Source: Macrostomum lignano
Taxonomy: Eukaryota
Reading direction: 5' to 3'
Assembly (NCBI GenBank): GCA_002269645.1
Contig: NIVC01000606.1
Coordinates: forward strand, 372,001-436,000
DNA length: 64,000 nt
Positions 27,401 to 45,867 of the stretch are shown piece after piece. Within the stretch, counting starts at the first letter, position 1. Each line of letters opens with the position of its first letter. The translations under genes and the position numbers were made by a program. The notes below the pieces were generated by a model. The model did not search any database. It saw only the letters and a list, made by a program, of their open reading frames with translations, and was not told where the DNA came from.

Positions 27401-29683
27401 AGCGCCAATTTAGCGCCGCAGGTGAGATTCTAGCGCCAATTTAACGCCGCAGGTGAGATTTCTTGCAGGTAGGGCAACATGACGCCGCATTTTAATTAGG
27501 GAATGAGGGTAGACAGGAGACCCCTTGACCTCCAGCAATAATCCCGAGGCCTGGGCAGCTGCCCCCTGCCCCTATCTTCCGGGCCCCCTCCACTCTAAGA
27601 GCCTCAGGTACTGCACTGACTAACTGATTACTTAAACTAGCACGCCAAATTCTTCGCAAAACAAAACCAATGGCTCACCTTGGCGGAATCCAGATCAACC
27701 AGCAGCACCTCCGATGGCAGCTGAAAGTCTGGCCGGCCAGTCAGGAATCCCGCCGGCAAGCCGATCAGGTAGGGCGTCGGCGCCAGCAGCAGCTGCTCGG
27801 CGCCTGTCATGCCAGCGGGCAGCAGGGGATCACGGGGAACACGTACTGCAGCGGGTACAGCAGAGCCACCAGGCTCAGCACGCTGTCAGACAGGCATCCG
27901 GGATCGGCCGACTGCAGAGCCACCTTGTGCTCCAACAGCAGGGTGGCCAACACGCGCATGCACAGCCCGGCGCCCAGCCGGCTGAGCGGAGTGTGCACCG
28001 AGTAGTCGGCGAGGGGCAGGCGGGACCGGTCAGGCAGGGCCAGCAGCAGGGGCGAGTAGAGCGACTCGGGCAGCACCGACAGCTGCGGCGTGGTGAGCAC
28101 ACAGACTGGCAATTTGGACACTTTGACATACTGGCATAGACAGGCAATTTGGACACTTTTACATACTGGCATAGACTGGCAATTTGGACACTTTTACATA
28201 CTGGCATAAACAGGCAATTTGGACACTTTGAGTCTTTGACATACTGGCATAGACGGACAATTCGGACACTTTTACATACTGGCATAGACAGGCAATTTTG
28301 ACACTTTTACACACTGGCATAGACAGACAATTTGGACACTTTTACATAATGGCATAGACAGGCAATTTGGACACTTTTACATAATGGCATAGACAGACAA
28401 TTTGGACACTTTTACATAATGGCATAGACAGACAATTTGGACACTTTTACATAATGGCATAGACAGACAATTTGGACACTTTGACATACTGGCATAGACA
28501 GGCAATTTTGACACTTACATACTGGCATAGACTGGCAATTTGGACACTTTTACATAATGGAATAGACAGACAATTTGGACACTTTTACATAATGGAATAG
28601 ACAGACAATTTGGACACTTTTACATACTGGCATAGACAGGCAATTTGGACACTTTTACATACTGGCATAGACGGACAATTTGGACACTTTGACATACTGG
28701 CATAGACAGGCAATTTTGACACTTTTACATGCTGGCATAGACAGGCAATTTGGACACTTTTACATACTGGCATAGACGGACAATTTGGACACTTTTACAT
28801 ACTGGCATAGACTGAGAAAGAATGGCGTAACGCTATTATGTGAAGACTGGCTTATCGAACACCTAAAAATGTCATAAGCCCGAATCCTACCTGCAGTTTG
28901 GTGGCGCCAGGCGCGGGGGCTGGCGCGGACAGCAGGCGCAGGATCCAGGTCTCCACGGCGCGTGTATTAATAAGCGCAGATTCGCTAGCAGAGTGCGGCC
29001 TCTGCCAGCCCGACAATAAGGCCCATACGGTGTCCCTAGGAGACAGCGAGACGGTTAAAGACAATGTGCGTACATTACATTGCTGATATGGGGAGGGTGT
29101 CGGTCAGTCTGGAGCGTGTGTACATTGCTGATATGGGGAGGGTGTCGTTCAGACTGGAGCGTGTGTACATTGCTGATATGGGGAGGGTGTCGGTCAGACT
29201 GGAGCGTGTGTACATTGCTGATAAGGGGAGGGAAGCCAGTCAAGGCAATTAAACAGAGCAGTTGAAAGCGACGTACCCAAAGCCGTCAACAATGGCTCTA
29301 AGCACTCGCAGACACTCGGTCAGCTTCGAATAAAAAGCGTGATGCCCGATGGCGCACAGGCAGAGCGGCAGGTGGCCAAAGCCAGTTGTGGAAAAATTCA
29401 GACAAGCGCCATGGCGCACAGTGCCGGAGTCCTTCTCGGTGAGGGTGAAGCCGAAGCTGCGCCCAGAAGGAGGCAGCGCGGTTGGCCAGCGCGCCTCCGG
29501 CTGGCAGAAGTGCACAATGTCTGGGGGCAGGCTGAAGTCCGCGTGATCAGCTGGCGGGTAGCGGCGGAGCAGGCAGGGGCGGGCGAAGGCGGCGTCAAGC
29601 TCGGAGGTGGTTGGCGCAGGGCCAATCAGCACGACATAGTCTAGCAGGCGGGGACACTGCGACCCCAGCTGAGCACTGCTCAT
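9612..29683 (-). CDS. MADD: MADD/DENN-domain Rab3 GEF (IG20/aex-3 orthologue). Exons: 29277-29683, 28891-29035, 27679-28082, 26822-26905, 25698-25905, 24399-25033, 22992-23038, 22585-22910, 17518-17969, 14161-14230, 10767-11166, 9833-10416, 9612-9703; last exon uncertain (possibly 8568-8597)
   Basis: Recognisable MADD blocks: CPRLLDYVVLIG..LLRRYP..PPDIVHFCQPE; LLEHKVALQS; AEQLLLAPTPY; GNDVDSVDV; RPVVAFQ..LARTQAVEY..GDKAKW; QRFLREI..VLAGQGVG; LLEIAYTHY; LWDSADFWEDLFLD; EDRLL..LHN. Exon phases chain consistently if one base is restored at 27825-27828. Confidence 0.92.
11394..11830. repeat. 21-bp minisatellite (CCAGGTGAGGCATTGGGATCG)n
   Basis: Visible. Confidence 0.95.
12865..13260. repeat. 74-bp tandem repeat (~5 copies) with internal hairpin CACGCGA-TTG-TCGCGTG
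   Basis: gacctt at 12936 and 13010, etc. Confidence 0.9.
14265..14549. repeat. 29-bp minisatellite (GAAGCTGTGATTCCCCTCCCCAGTTTACT)n, left flank of RTE insertion
   Basis: Visible. Confidence 0.95.
14550..17073 (+). mobile_element. 5'-truncated RTE-like non-LTR retrotransposon (partial AP endonuclease + reverse transcriptase), inactive; antisense within a MADD intron
   Basis: APE motifs GDLN, LDH, SDH (14592-); RT motifs EQNGFRP, FVDFRKAFDSV, GVLQGDTLAP, YADD (15796-17028); frameshift near 15668 and in-frame TAA near 15714; short TGT-rich tail; 8-bp TSD AGTTTACT at 14542-14549 and 17074-17081. Confidence 0.93.
17074..17495. repeat. 30-bp minisatellite (GAAGCTGTAATTCCCCCTCCCCAGTTTACT)n, right flank of RTE insertion
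   Basis: Visible. Confidence 0.95.
18045..22520. repeat. ~4.5-kb satellite of 20-22-bp units (AATGAAACTGTGTCAGACCC) with ~1.13-1.15-kb higher-order repeat, inside a MADD intron
   Basis: Identical variant blocks at 18980, 20107, 21255. Confidence 0.97.
23440..23700 (+). mobile_element. tRNA-derived CORE-SINE, 5'-truncated, (ATT)n tail
   Basis: B box GGTTCGATTC; TGTGTCCTTGAGCAAGACACTTAACTC...CTGTAAAATGGG resembles the MIR CORE domain; homologous to 36381-36648 and 61360-61621. Confidence 0.8.
23718..24345. repeat. 22-bp minisatellite (CTGGGATGGGAGACTGCTCAAT)n
   Basis: Visible. Confidence 0.95.
25198..25655. repeat. 18-bp minisatellite (TGAAGCATGCTGTGACCT / ...CGTGATAT)n
   Basis: Visible. 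Confidence 0.95.
26130..26345. repeat. Degenerate GGATCA/GGATTA repeat
   Basis: Visible. Confidence 0.75.
26990..27460. repeat. ~27-bp minisatellite (GCAGGTGAGATTCTAGCGCCAATTTA..)n
   Basis: Visible. Confidence 0.9.
28105..28812. repeat. 35-bp minisatellite (GGCATAGACAGGCAATTTGGACACTTTTACATACT)n
   Basis: Visible. Confidence 0.95.
29070..29235. repeat. 45-bp tandem repeat, ~3.5 copies
   Basis: tacattgctgatatgggg...ggagcgtgtg repeated. Confidence 0.9.
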
Positions 29684-32600
29684 GGTGTTTGATCATCTGC
29701 CGGCGCCTGCAGGTATTATTAAAAATTATTAAATAAAACTCCATAGGGAGAAACAGGGAAAGAATAAGAAATTACATGGTAGCAGACATAATTCATGTGC
29801 ACTTGTTATGGTAGTTTAGTTTTGCAAGTAGCCATTGGTAAGACAAAAGGGAGAAGTGGCAGGGGATGCCCTACTAAGTAGCAACTTCATTATATTATCA
29901 CTTTAGCTATATGAATATTGAATAATTTAAGTGTAAATATATAAAATGGTAGAGTGAGATATAAAGTGGCATGATCAGCATATATAGTGATTGAAAACTA
30001 GAAGGGTTAGGATAAATTGCAAATGAGAAAAAGACACAATTATGCAATATAGAAATATTCTTTTTGATCTTATTGATATGTAATAATAGAACACTGCTAG
30101 AACTCTCTAGATTTTTATTATAAAATTAATTAAATTAAGAATAGAGTTATATTATCTTAGTATACTAATATCTATAGTATAGCTACATAACTAATTTTAT
30201 CTCTAAACTATAATGGCCATTGACATTTTGTTCTCAGACTATTTTGCATCCAAACCAAAATGTTCACAGACCAGTTTAGCCATATTAATTGCCAAGCCAT
30301 ACTCAAGAAGATGGCAATAGGCCTATTTTTCCTGTGTATAGTCTGTAGTATAGTGTATAGTCGGACAAATTGGTACATAAAAAATAGTTTATACTTTGAC
30401 ATATAGAAGTATTAAAATAATAAAGTTAAATAAGAAAAAATGAGTTTTTAAAAAAGAAACAAAACCAATTTTGCTATATACAAAAATGCTTTATGCGTTT
30501 TGCATAAATTATTTTTTTAACCATCTATTTTTGCAAATTGCAACTTAAATATACAAAAAAATAGTTTTTTATAATTGATTATAATTAAAAATGTTATTTT
30601 AATTAGAAAACTACATATAGAAAAGCTTAGCTCTGCACTCCCTATTCATCAGAAACTGCAAAGCCATGGCTAATTGAACTAACACCTAAGGTCAAGGAGA
30701 TTTTTGACTAAGAGCCATTAACTAATATAATAAAATATGAACTTTATATTAAATATTTAAAATGCCCTTTATTTTTGTGGAAATAATAATAGAATCGAAT
30801 GGCTTAGAGCTAACAAATGTTTTAATCAGAATAGAATGCCCTTGCCTTATTAGGCCCTAAGCTGGAACTTGGAACCTTAGTCTTTTACTCAACTCAATGA
30901 ACTTTTTAGACCTTAGTCTTTCCCTAAAATGAAATTAGAAAGAATTTTGGTGCATAACTTTAGTTTTTTGGCATACACTAGTGTGCAATCATCCATTGCC
31001 AAAATTTATTCTAGCATCAGCATGCACTTGCCACCTTCCTAACCAAAGTATGGTGTATGGCTAGCAAAAAGCATCGAATTTAAAATAATTATTTCTAACT
31101 ATTATATTAAACTATATAAGAATTATTTCTTCAATTATTTGAAGTTAAATATTCTATAAAACTTTTATATAAAATTAATATTACTAATGATGGTATGGTG
31201 CTAATGCTAAAATTTTAACCATTGTTATAAGAAAAAAGAACATGGCAGAGTAGTCTCAGCCTTGTACTTGTAGTTGTAGTGTTAGTGCTACGCATTTTTC
31301 AAGTTCTTTTGGTTCAAAAATGACTCCTAAGTACTTAAATTTATGCACTTTTTCTATGTTTTGCTAATCAAAGAGAATTTGTTCAGTCTCCTGTGTGTCC
31401 TCAGTTTTTGTTCTTTTTGTCTATCCATACAATGCACAGATATAATTATTTTTGTAATGTTAAAGGAAGATTCGAAACATTTCGAAGAAAGATTCGCTTT
31501 CAAATTTTCGCCAGACTCGCCCATAAACAACAGTAGTCGTATTTGTCGTTGACAGGAAGTATTGCTCCATCAGAAGACTGAAGAAGCTTCATTATTAGAA
31601 GAAGAAAAGCAAAGTGTTTTTTTCCTTTGCTTGCTGCATATGTATCGTAGCCTGCGGCGGCATAGCCTTTATTTTTTTGCAAGGCAATTTAGCAAAAAAC
31701 ATAGTAAGGAATCAAATCGTACCTGCACACGTAATCGACTTATCGACTTATCGAAAAAATAACTCTTCCTTTAGACAGCCATTCGAACTAGTATTTTAAA
31801 CGTAGAACATCTCTGATAAAAAACTTGGTATTTCAAAATTTATTTAAGAAGTAAAAAAGCCATGCATGCAACGTTTTGCTTCTCCTTGAACAAGTACATG
31901 ATGAACATGCAAACGATCGAGGCCCCTGCATGAAGCATGCATGTACATGTATGCTCTACTACATGTAAGCACGAAAGAAATTTTGTTCTCATTAGAGAAA
32001 AGAAGCTAATATACGTGGGTAGTAAACAACTCAAAGTTAACAGAGGAACTTATAATACCAAGTGTCTAGTGTCTGTGTCAATTTATACGATACGCGGCAA
32101 ACAGCAGGCTTAGTTGGAAGGCTGCCTTCCAATTCAAAACAATTTGTACGGTAAAATGCACTAACTGCGACTGCGGCGTCCTTTATAAACGATATACTGA
32201 AGTCGTCCTTGGTTAGTACATGCACATGAGTAACATGCCATGCGTATATGTATGTTGCACGAAATTTCTTGCAGAGTAGTGGAAAATTTTATTGCCTCAT
32301 CGCGAATTATTTACACAGCTACATGTACATGTACGTACATGCAACACGCACCTGTAACAAACTAAGGAGAAAAGCACTAGATCTAATATTATAAAGAGTT
32401 CGACTCTATATCCACAATTCAATTGATATGTCATGCAGTGCAGTGTGCACCATTCACAGATGCATCCTGTTGCACTGTTTTAATCAATAAACGCATTGCA
32501 TGAGCAGAGAAGTGGGAGAGGCTGCATAACACGCAATATTTTTCTACTTCTGTTTTTGTGCATTGCCGAGATTTGAGCCCGCAGCTCCCAAAAATGCGCG

Positions 32601-35202
32601 ACATCCACACTCCGACTGCATCCATTCCTTTTCCCTCTGCAACACTTCTGCTACTCCACCCTTTTCCCTCTTCCTTTCTACTCACCCCCCCCCCCCATAT
32701 CATCTATTCCTCTCTTTATTCCCTTGCCTTTCTGCCCCCTCTGTCCTGCTGACACAGCAGATTCAGTTGGGAGGCGAAATAGGGAATGGAAGGGCGGCTG
32801 CTCTCAATGCTGCAGGCCCCCCGTGCGCTCCCCAAGCCCTTAAAGTCGTAATCCTTCCCTTATTTTTTCCCTCTCTCCACACGGCAGCATACAGGATCTC
32901 CTACAGCAACTGCTATATACTGTAGCCAGAATATACAGGCAAGATGGTAGGGGGAGTTGGTCAATGTATGTAGCGGGGAATTCCCCTCTGCCCCACACTC
33001 ATGCAGCCCCTCCTCCCTGTTCAGGGGACCAAGGTCGAGCGTATATATATACACACATACACATGCGCGGCACAGGGACATATAGGAAGAGTTGAGAGCT
33101 TGGGGAGCTGAAAAGGACTGGAAATAGAGGACCACTGACGGCAGCATATTTGGCATGGAGGGCGCCATACGGGGGGGCAGTGTTGTGGCAATAGCAGAAG
33201 GGAATGATGGGGCTTGGAAGGCAACTGGGGGATACAGGGGGATAGCAGCATGCAGTGGAGGAGGAGAAGAGGAGGGGCAGTCGAGTCTTTCACTCTCACT
33301 CTCTCTCTTCACCAGTCTCCTTCCTAAGCCTGCATCCCCTGAGGGACTGCAGACCCCCTGACTGCGCCCCCTGCATGGCATGGCGGGGCCGCAGTCCAGC
33401 CTCTCTCCTTCATTCCTCTATTTCTTGTCCTCCAAGCCTATATGCGAAAGCTGCCCGCTGCCTAGCTCAGTGCAGACTCCTTTCCCCCTCCAGATTGACT
33501 CAGCTCCGCGCTGAGCAGCAGTTCAAGGAAGGGGAAAGCTGCAAAGGGGGAGAGGGGCTGGTGTGGAGCGGAACAAAAATAACTCTTCCTTTAGACAGCC
33601 ATTCGCCCAAAGCTTCCTTTATCTGGCCCACTCCTCTCTAACCTTAAATCCCCCATCCCCTTTCCAGTTCCCGTTCCATGTCCGAACTGCCTCCTTGTAT
33701 AGGAAAGGAAAAAAGCGGAGAGACAGCGACAGAGGGAGGAGGAGAGAGAGAGAGAAAAAAAAAACGAAGAGTTGTTCGGTGGGTCGGCCGGCAGGGCGGA
33801 TTTGGGACTGCGACAGAGGGGATTTGGAATCGGCGGGGAGGATTGGGATCCCAAAAAGTCGCTCGAGGCAGAGGGGCGAGAGAGAGAGAGAAAATAAGGA
33901 ATTAGGGAAGTGTGGCAGATTGGGGTGGAGGGGTGAGGGAAGAGCTTCAGAGCGAGTGCAGTCAGTCTCCGTACGACTGCACCCTCCTCGCCACTGTCCC
34001 GGCCAGTGTGGGTTGTCATGACTACGGCGCATTGATTGACAGAGTCCCCTGCCTCTCCGTGTACCGCAGTCCAAGCCTCTGTCGCTACCCCCACAGTATG
34101 CCTCCCTGTCGCCCTCTGAACACGAGGAGAGACTTGCTGCCCCGCGGCCGCCAACCTCAAGCTGATTTCTTCTCGCTTCCTCTGCCCGGTTCTTTGCGTC
34201 CTCCTCCTTTCTTCTCCTCCCCCCCCCTGCCCCCAAGCGGGGGAGAGGGGAGAACCGGGATTGCCGGGAGCCGATTGGTGGCTGGGCAGGGGACACCGCA
34301 CTCGGGAGGGGGGATAGGGGAGGGTTCCACGGCGACTCCTCTCTCCCGGCGGGACCGAGCGGGCCGGCATCTTCTCCCGTTCGCAAGCCCAGAGCAGGCC
34401 CGTCGCGGGAGTCGGAGCACCAACTCAGCTCTTGCCTTGCGCTTTACCCAGATCTTCGAGTCGCAAAGTAGAGAGCGATCGCGTCAGGCGTTCTCCCAAA
34501 AAGGAGCCCTCCTGTTTTCCTTACTCTCGTCCCGCTCCGGCAATCGAGTGAGGCCCGAGCGCTCGCACCAGGGTCTTGCTTGCTCCCCTCCCCAGAGCCT
34601 GCACCCTCACTCCGCGGCTCCTTGGCTCCCCTCCGCTAAGCACTCACTATACTACATTTTGTCCCTCCCCCACCCTCATCTACCCCGAGCCATCATCTTC
34701 TCTCTAATATCCCATCCTCTTGCCTTCTCCTCCCATCCCCTTTTTGCCACTCTCTCGAATCCTGCGCCTCGAATGCTTGCCGCCGAAGGAGGCGCCAGAG
34801 CGTACAGCTAAGCAAGCAGAGCGCAGTGCGCCTCAGCCGGTGCCGAGCATCGCTTCCAACGCCCTTCCTCCCCTCCCCCTTTATCCCCCTTTTCCTGCTC
34901 CTGACCACTTTCATTCTCCATCCCCGTAGGTCATAAACAAACAACGGGACTGAGAGGTCTCATTTCTATCTACTCAGCTACTCATCGGGCTCAGGTCAGT
35001 AACCGTACCAGCAGGATTGCTAGCAGCCGGCCTGTTTCTATCTGCATCGTTGTCTCCTGGCTGCAGCTAAGCGCCGGTGGTACCAGAACTGAAGCTCTGA
35101 ATGGCCCAGCGAGTCGGGTAGGCCAACTCTGAGCGGACACGACAGCGCATCTCTTCACTGAGTGCCGATTCGTTTCAATCACAAAATTTTTTTCTCGGAA
35201 AA

Positions 35203-40904
<5,702 letters not shown>

Positions 40905-43900
40905 CCTTCCGCCGTAAATTCTACCCTAAACAGCTCCCAAAAAATTATCAGACCCGATCTCCATCGGATGTTTCATCCAGTGGCTGCGGTCGGCGGTTTG
41001 TTGCAGATCCGACGGCCATCCCCGCAATCTAGCTTGAGCATTAGCTTCACGCTCATCGCCGAGTGTAAGTATGTACCTGTTGTATTCTAACGCTGCACTC
41101 AGTCTGCACGATGAGGGATCAACTCGGTTTTCAAGTCCGATTTGCTTTGAATCACATTCGAACATAAGCAAAAATGCAGAACGCCTCGCACCTGTGCTTT
41201 GATGTCTTGTCCACGCGCCCGAGCTGCACTGCTCTCTTCATTCTATGGTAGCCATGAATGCAGTATGCCATATCGTAGCAACTTTTCAATTTTAACTTTG
41301 TTTAAAAACACGTTTTGTCCAGTATTTCTCAATGCTCTCTGACCGAGAGGAGCCGCAGGCAAACCCCGTGAGCTCCGGGCCTCACCATTGCGAGTCGTGT
41401 CGCTGTGATTCAGCTTGCTCCCTCCCTGCAACCCCGTATTCCTTAAATGCTGCAATTACAGCTGAACATTTTTTAATATTCGTTGGATTTGCCTCCTTAT
41501 TAATGCTTCTCTGAGTTCCCATTCCTAATATTGCTTCAATGCCGTTTGTGTGTGAGAAAGGAACCTTTATCTGTTAAGGTTTACAGGTAACACTGCAATG
41601 TAAAATGTTGGGTTTTTTGACAATTCCTTGATAGAATGGAAGCTTATGGCTGCTGTTTATGGCTTGTACACAGTTCTCTGTGCCTTGGGATAGCTCTCAC
41701 GGGCCAGTTTTCTAAACCCCAAAAATTATCCATCCATGCCAGAAGTCGGTTTTTTCCTCACGGGCCAGATAGAGAATCTAGCATATGACTGCGGGAGGGG
41801 ATAGAGAATAGAGGAGAGGAGATAGAGAAGAGAGAGGAGAGGCTAGAAGAGACGAGTGTAGAGAGGAGAGAAGAGATATGGTAGTAACAAACATTGAGCG
41901 GGCCGGATTGCTATTGTGAAGTCTCAAAGGACCCCTAGAACCGGATAAAGAGGCTTCGCGGGTCGGAGTCTGCCAACCTATGTATGCGGAATCGAACTTA
42001 TAGGGACTCAAAAGTGAGAAAAGTTCAAATTTGAGATAAAAATTCCATTTAGAACTATACTTCACTCGAAGACAATGTGTTTTTTATCCTATCCGATGTG
42101 TGCTGATTTCTTATTATTTCTTGGTCGAGCGAAAATTTCGCCCGGTTACCCAGTATTTTTCGTGTTTGGGCAGCTCGCATGTCCAGAAAGGCCATGCAGC
42201 AGCCACCAGCAAAAATGTGCATCAGCGGTTTTCTAGGGTCACTGTGTAACTATTGCAAGCTTTGCGTCAGTCGCCAGTCTCCTAATCGCACTTTCTTAGT
42301 AGAAATAGACACCAAGGCAGATTGAACGGCATACCAGCTGCATGTTCTCATTGGTTAAAAGTGTAGAAATTCCTAGAAAAAACAGCCAATTTGAGCTAAG
42401 CATATCCAAAATAAAAGCAATGGATCATGATCTATTTTCAGATATTGCATTAGATTGTAATTCATGTATGCGAACTACGAGCGAGTACACCAAGAGAGAC
42501 GTTTTCCTCGTTTAAAACAATTTGTCACACCAAAGACGAATGAAGTTCATCTGTCTTTATAATATGGGCATCTGAATCAATATCAACATTAGTGCATGCT
42601 TTACTGCTTATTATATTAATTTCACGATGAAGCATACTTTATTAATGTGTAAATTAAGTAAAGCCATACAAACATGCTGTATGTAAAACACGCTGTCATT
42701 TTGTATTGTCACCTGCACTGCAGTACGACTTAAAAATTCGCGCTTGTTATATTGATTTTGTGCTTTACACACTGCAGATCTCTCTCTATATATACTGTCC
42801 TGTCATGTTGTTGACACATTCTCTGCATTATATATATATATTTAATATAATTATATACCTATTGTCAACTTGTTGCGACATCTGCATACACCGCCATAAA
42901 ATTGCCTGTTTAAAAAAAGGAAAATACTACAACTGATGAATATGTTGCATCGATAATGCGTTCGGCGAACGCCGTTTGAACTCGTTTAATTCTTTGTTGC
43001 GATATACACTAGTAGTGACTCATGAAACCGGCAATCCTGGAAAATTACACTTGACAGGGTTGGAGAACTACACTAATTAGTGTCATCATTACATCGGCAC
43101 GCAATCTAAAAAACTTGTGATGCGGCTGCCACCAGACCGCCACCAGACGGGACTACCGGTCTGTAACAGACGAAGTTTCTTGACCCTAACTGTATATTAG
43201 AAATGGACGATTAAGGGACAACTATGCGCAGGACTGTCTCGTGGTGCTCATCCTACGGGGACTTATTTAGAAGCATTGTTACTGCTATGATTGTTTAATT
43301 GAATTCGGCTCATACTTGGTGTGATCTTCCACCCTGATCCTCAGCTTCTATTCCATGTCCTGCGACCGATGCACTCACTACTTATCACATTTCATGCCAC
43401 GTCTCTTAGTATAAATAAGCAAACAGACCGAAGCAAACGAGTTGAATATATAGCTAATGCCCTGAATTACTGGCCCTCCTTACCCGCTCGGTTATAATTA
43501 AAAAGGAATTAATAAGTTAGGATTGAGAAATTAGGAGATGATGAGCCAATGGGGGGGATACCGGGCCGACTACACCACACATGGGCATATGCAGCGCAAT
43601 AGAGAAAGAAATACCTAATTGCAGACGCAGCCGACGGGCAGGGCTGCTTGGCACAGTGGTCGTCGGATGGTCACGGCGCGGCTGCAGTCACGGACGATCA
43701 GTCCAGACGAGACGCGCCAGGAGGTAAAGCCAAGGGAAGTCACAGCTCAGCACGTGGTTACAGCTCTCAGCACATGGTTGCAGCTCGCACGTTACAGCTC
43801 AGCACCCAAAATGGAGAAGGGGCTCCGAACGGTTGTTTTACAGCTCCGAAGGTCCGTAATGAAACGGAAGGGGAAGGGAGGAAAGGTTGTGAAAGGTAAG

Positions 43901-45314
43901 GGTATAAGAAAACCTTAAACAGTGAAGGAAAGGGTAAAACCGTAGCCGCTCAGGGCTCAAAACAGTGTAGCTCTTATTTATAGCCCTGAGATCAAGCGTC
44001 ACGCAATCTCGTGAGCGTGATGCGTGATATTGAAGGCCTTGACTTGTCGTTGACCTCCGTTACCAAGCAACCCTGACGACGTCACCCGTCAGCCGCTCTG
44101 TGATTGTGAGAAAAAGATTTATGATGGGGGATTACGTACGTAACAAGCAGAAAAAAGCTTGGGGAGATAAAAGTCCAGAAAGGGTCATGTCACACGCATG
44201 AATGATTTCGAACAATGAAAGCAGGTGGAGTTGGTGCGCGGGGGAGTGGGGTGGGCGATAAGCCATGATCGAGTTATATCGATGACTCTCATCTCATGGG
44301 TCTTCACGGGGGGGGGGCAGGAATCACAATGAAAGAAGGGAGGGCGCGCAAAATTAGTCGGGGACCAGGAGTGCCTACATCAGTGTGATTAACAGACAAA
44401 ACTATATTTTTCCTTATTGATTTGCATGTTATGTAACATGTGTAACATACTAATTTGAATAAAAAGGAATTAAAGTGACTATTCTTTGGTGAAAATGGTT
44501 TGCAGTGCCAGAATTTTGCTGTCTGTTGTGAAGGACACTTTGAACAATTTTGGATGTTCAGAAAGAAAGCCATTCAAAGAAAACATTCAAATATGCTCAA
44601 CGCTCGTACCAAAAATGGCCTAAAATTTGAATGAACTGGACTAAGGCGAGGCAAACACCTTTTTCCGTACTCACTGAATAGTTTTATACGCTTGAAAACT
44701 AAAAAATCTAATTTGACTGCATCAAATGCTTTTTAAGTTAGGAAAGTAAAGGAAATATGATTTTTGTTTATTTTTACTGTTTTAATCCTGTTTCTTAGAA
44801 GAACAGGTGGAGTCTGCGATAATCATCAATAGATAGATGTTTATGTGTCTTTACTCTTTAACCCAGGGATAAATATGTAATGTGTAAAATTTACTCAATG
44901 TATATTTAATACGTTTTCCTGCATGTTTTGTGCTTCGCTAGGCCTATAGATAGACTATATAACGGGTATTATTAGGTCTATCATATCACCCACACCAGTT
45001 ACCAGTAGATTACTAGATTACTCACTGTAGTGTATATTCAATTATTCATCCTTATGTCATGTCATCGACATTTTCATGCTAAGCTTGTGACTAGAGGCAT
45101 ATGCCTAAGTGGAATCTAACTAGGCGCTATATGTGTATATTATTATTTAGACCTTAGGCCTACTATTACTAGACTTTTAGATAAATAAGTTTTGCTAGGT
45201 GATAGCCTATAGGCCTAGGTTAGATTGGCAATTGCCATGCCTGCACAAGTTTTGTGCAGCTGTAAGCTGTGCAAATTTTCAAATTTTGTGAAATGCACAA
45301 AAAATGAAGAAATC

Positions 45315-45867
45315 GGCGATTTTCCTCTTTCGTTCGTTAAATTATTTTTTCGACAGAAACAAGTTGTGACTACTGAGTAATGTCAGAAAACGACAGTAAT
45401 GGGATGCTGGGACTTAAATTTTTCTCGGAAAGTTGGATGGAGTTGTTTAACTAAAGACAAACGGTAATGGTAAACGACATGTAACGACACAGCACAGCTC
45501 CAGCGAGGGACGCAGTTGTCCAGGAGGGATGATGAATGTAGGTGCCGCTGGGTGCCCAGCCATGTTGCAGTTCGAGTAAAATTTAATAAAATTTAACAAG
45601 TGAAGACTCAATGCGATAAGTCAAAGCTCATGCGAGAGTGGGAAGGGGAGCAAGGAGCAAGTGCAAGCTGCTGCCTATACTCCGCCACGAACCGAGTAGG
45701 TGAGTAGTGCCATAGACATGTGTCAGCAGCAACCCCATGTCCTTTCCACTACTGCCACATCATTTTTTCAATAGGCACAATTTCAAATGCTGCCACGTCA
45801 CTTTTTCGCGTCTACGCACCGATTCAAATCGAAAAAATAATTTAACGAACGAAAGAGGAAAATCGCT
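45315..45867. mobile_element. Non-autonomous DNA transposon (MITE), Merlin-like
   Basis: Perfect 38-bp inverted repeat 45316-45353 / 45829-45866; 8-bp TSD AAGAAATC (45307-45314, 45868-45875); 5' terminus GG. Confidence 0.75.

Noticed and set aside
26990-27460. Repeated CAGGTGAG splice-donor consensus in the minisatellite (also 11394-11830)
   Set aside because: On the strand opposite to MADD transcription, so it cannot act as a cryptic donor for that gene
28083-28172. N-terminal extension of MADD exon 3 into the 35-bp repeat (YVKVSKLPVCVLTTPQ)
   Set aside because: The acceptor at 28082 gives correct phase and aligns with MADD without the extra residues
31575-31615. Second hammerhead-like string CTGAAGA-A-GCTTC..GAAG..GAAA
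   Set aside because: Stem II closing pair and stems I/III do not form
32860-34811. Several overlapping 150-300 aa ORFs in the GC-rich block
   Set aside because: Low-complexity, open on both strands, no domains or consistent splice structure
43540-44195. Possible solo LTR on the - strand (TATA CTATAAATA near 43975-43983, TG start near 44194)
   Set aside because: No matching TSD, PBS/PPT or polyadenylation signal found; not supportable
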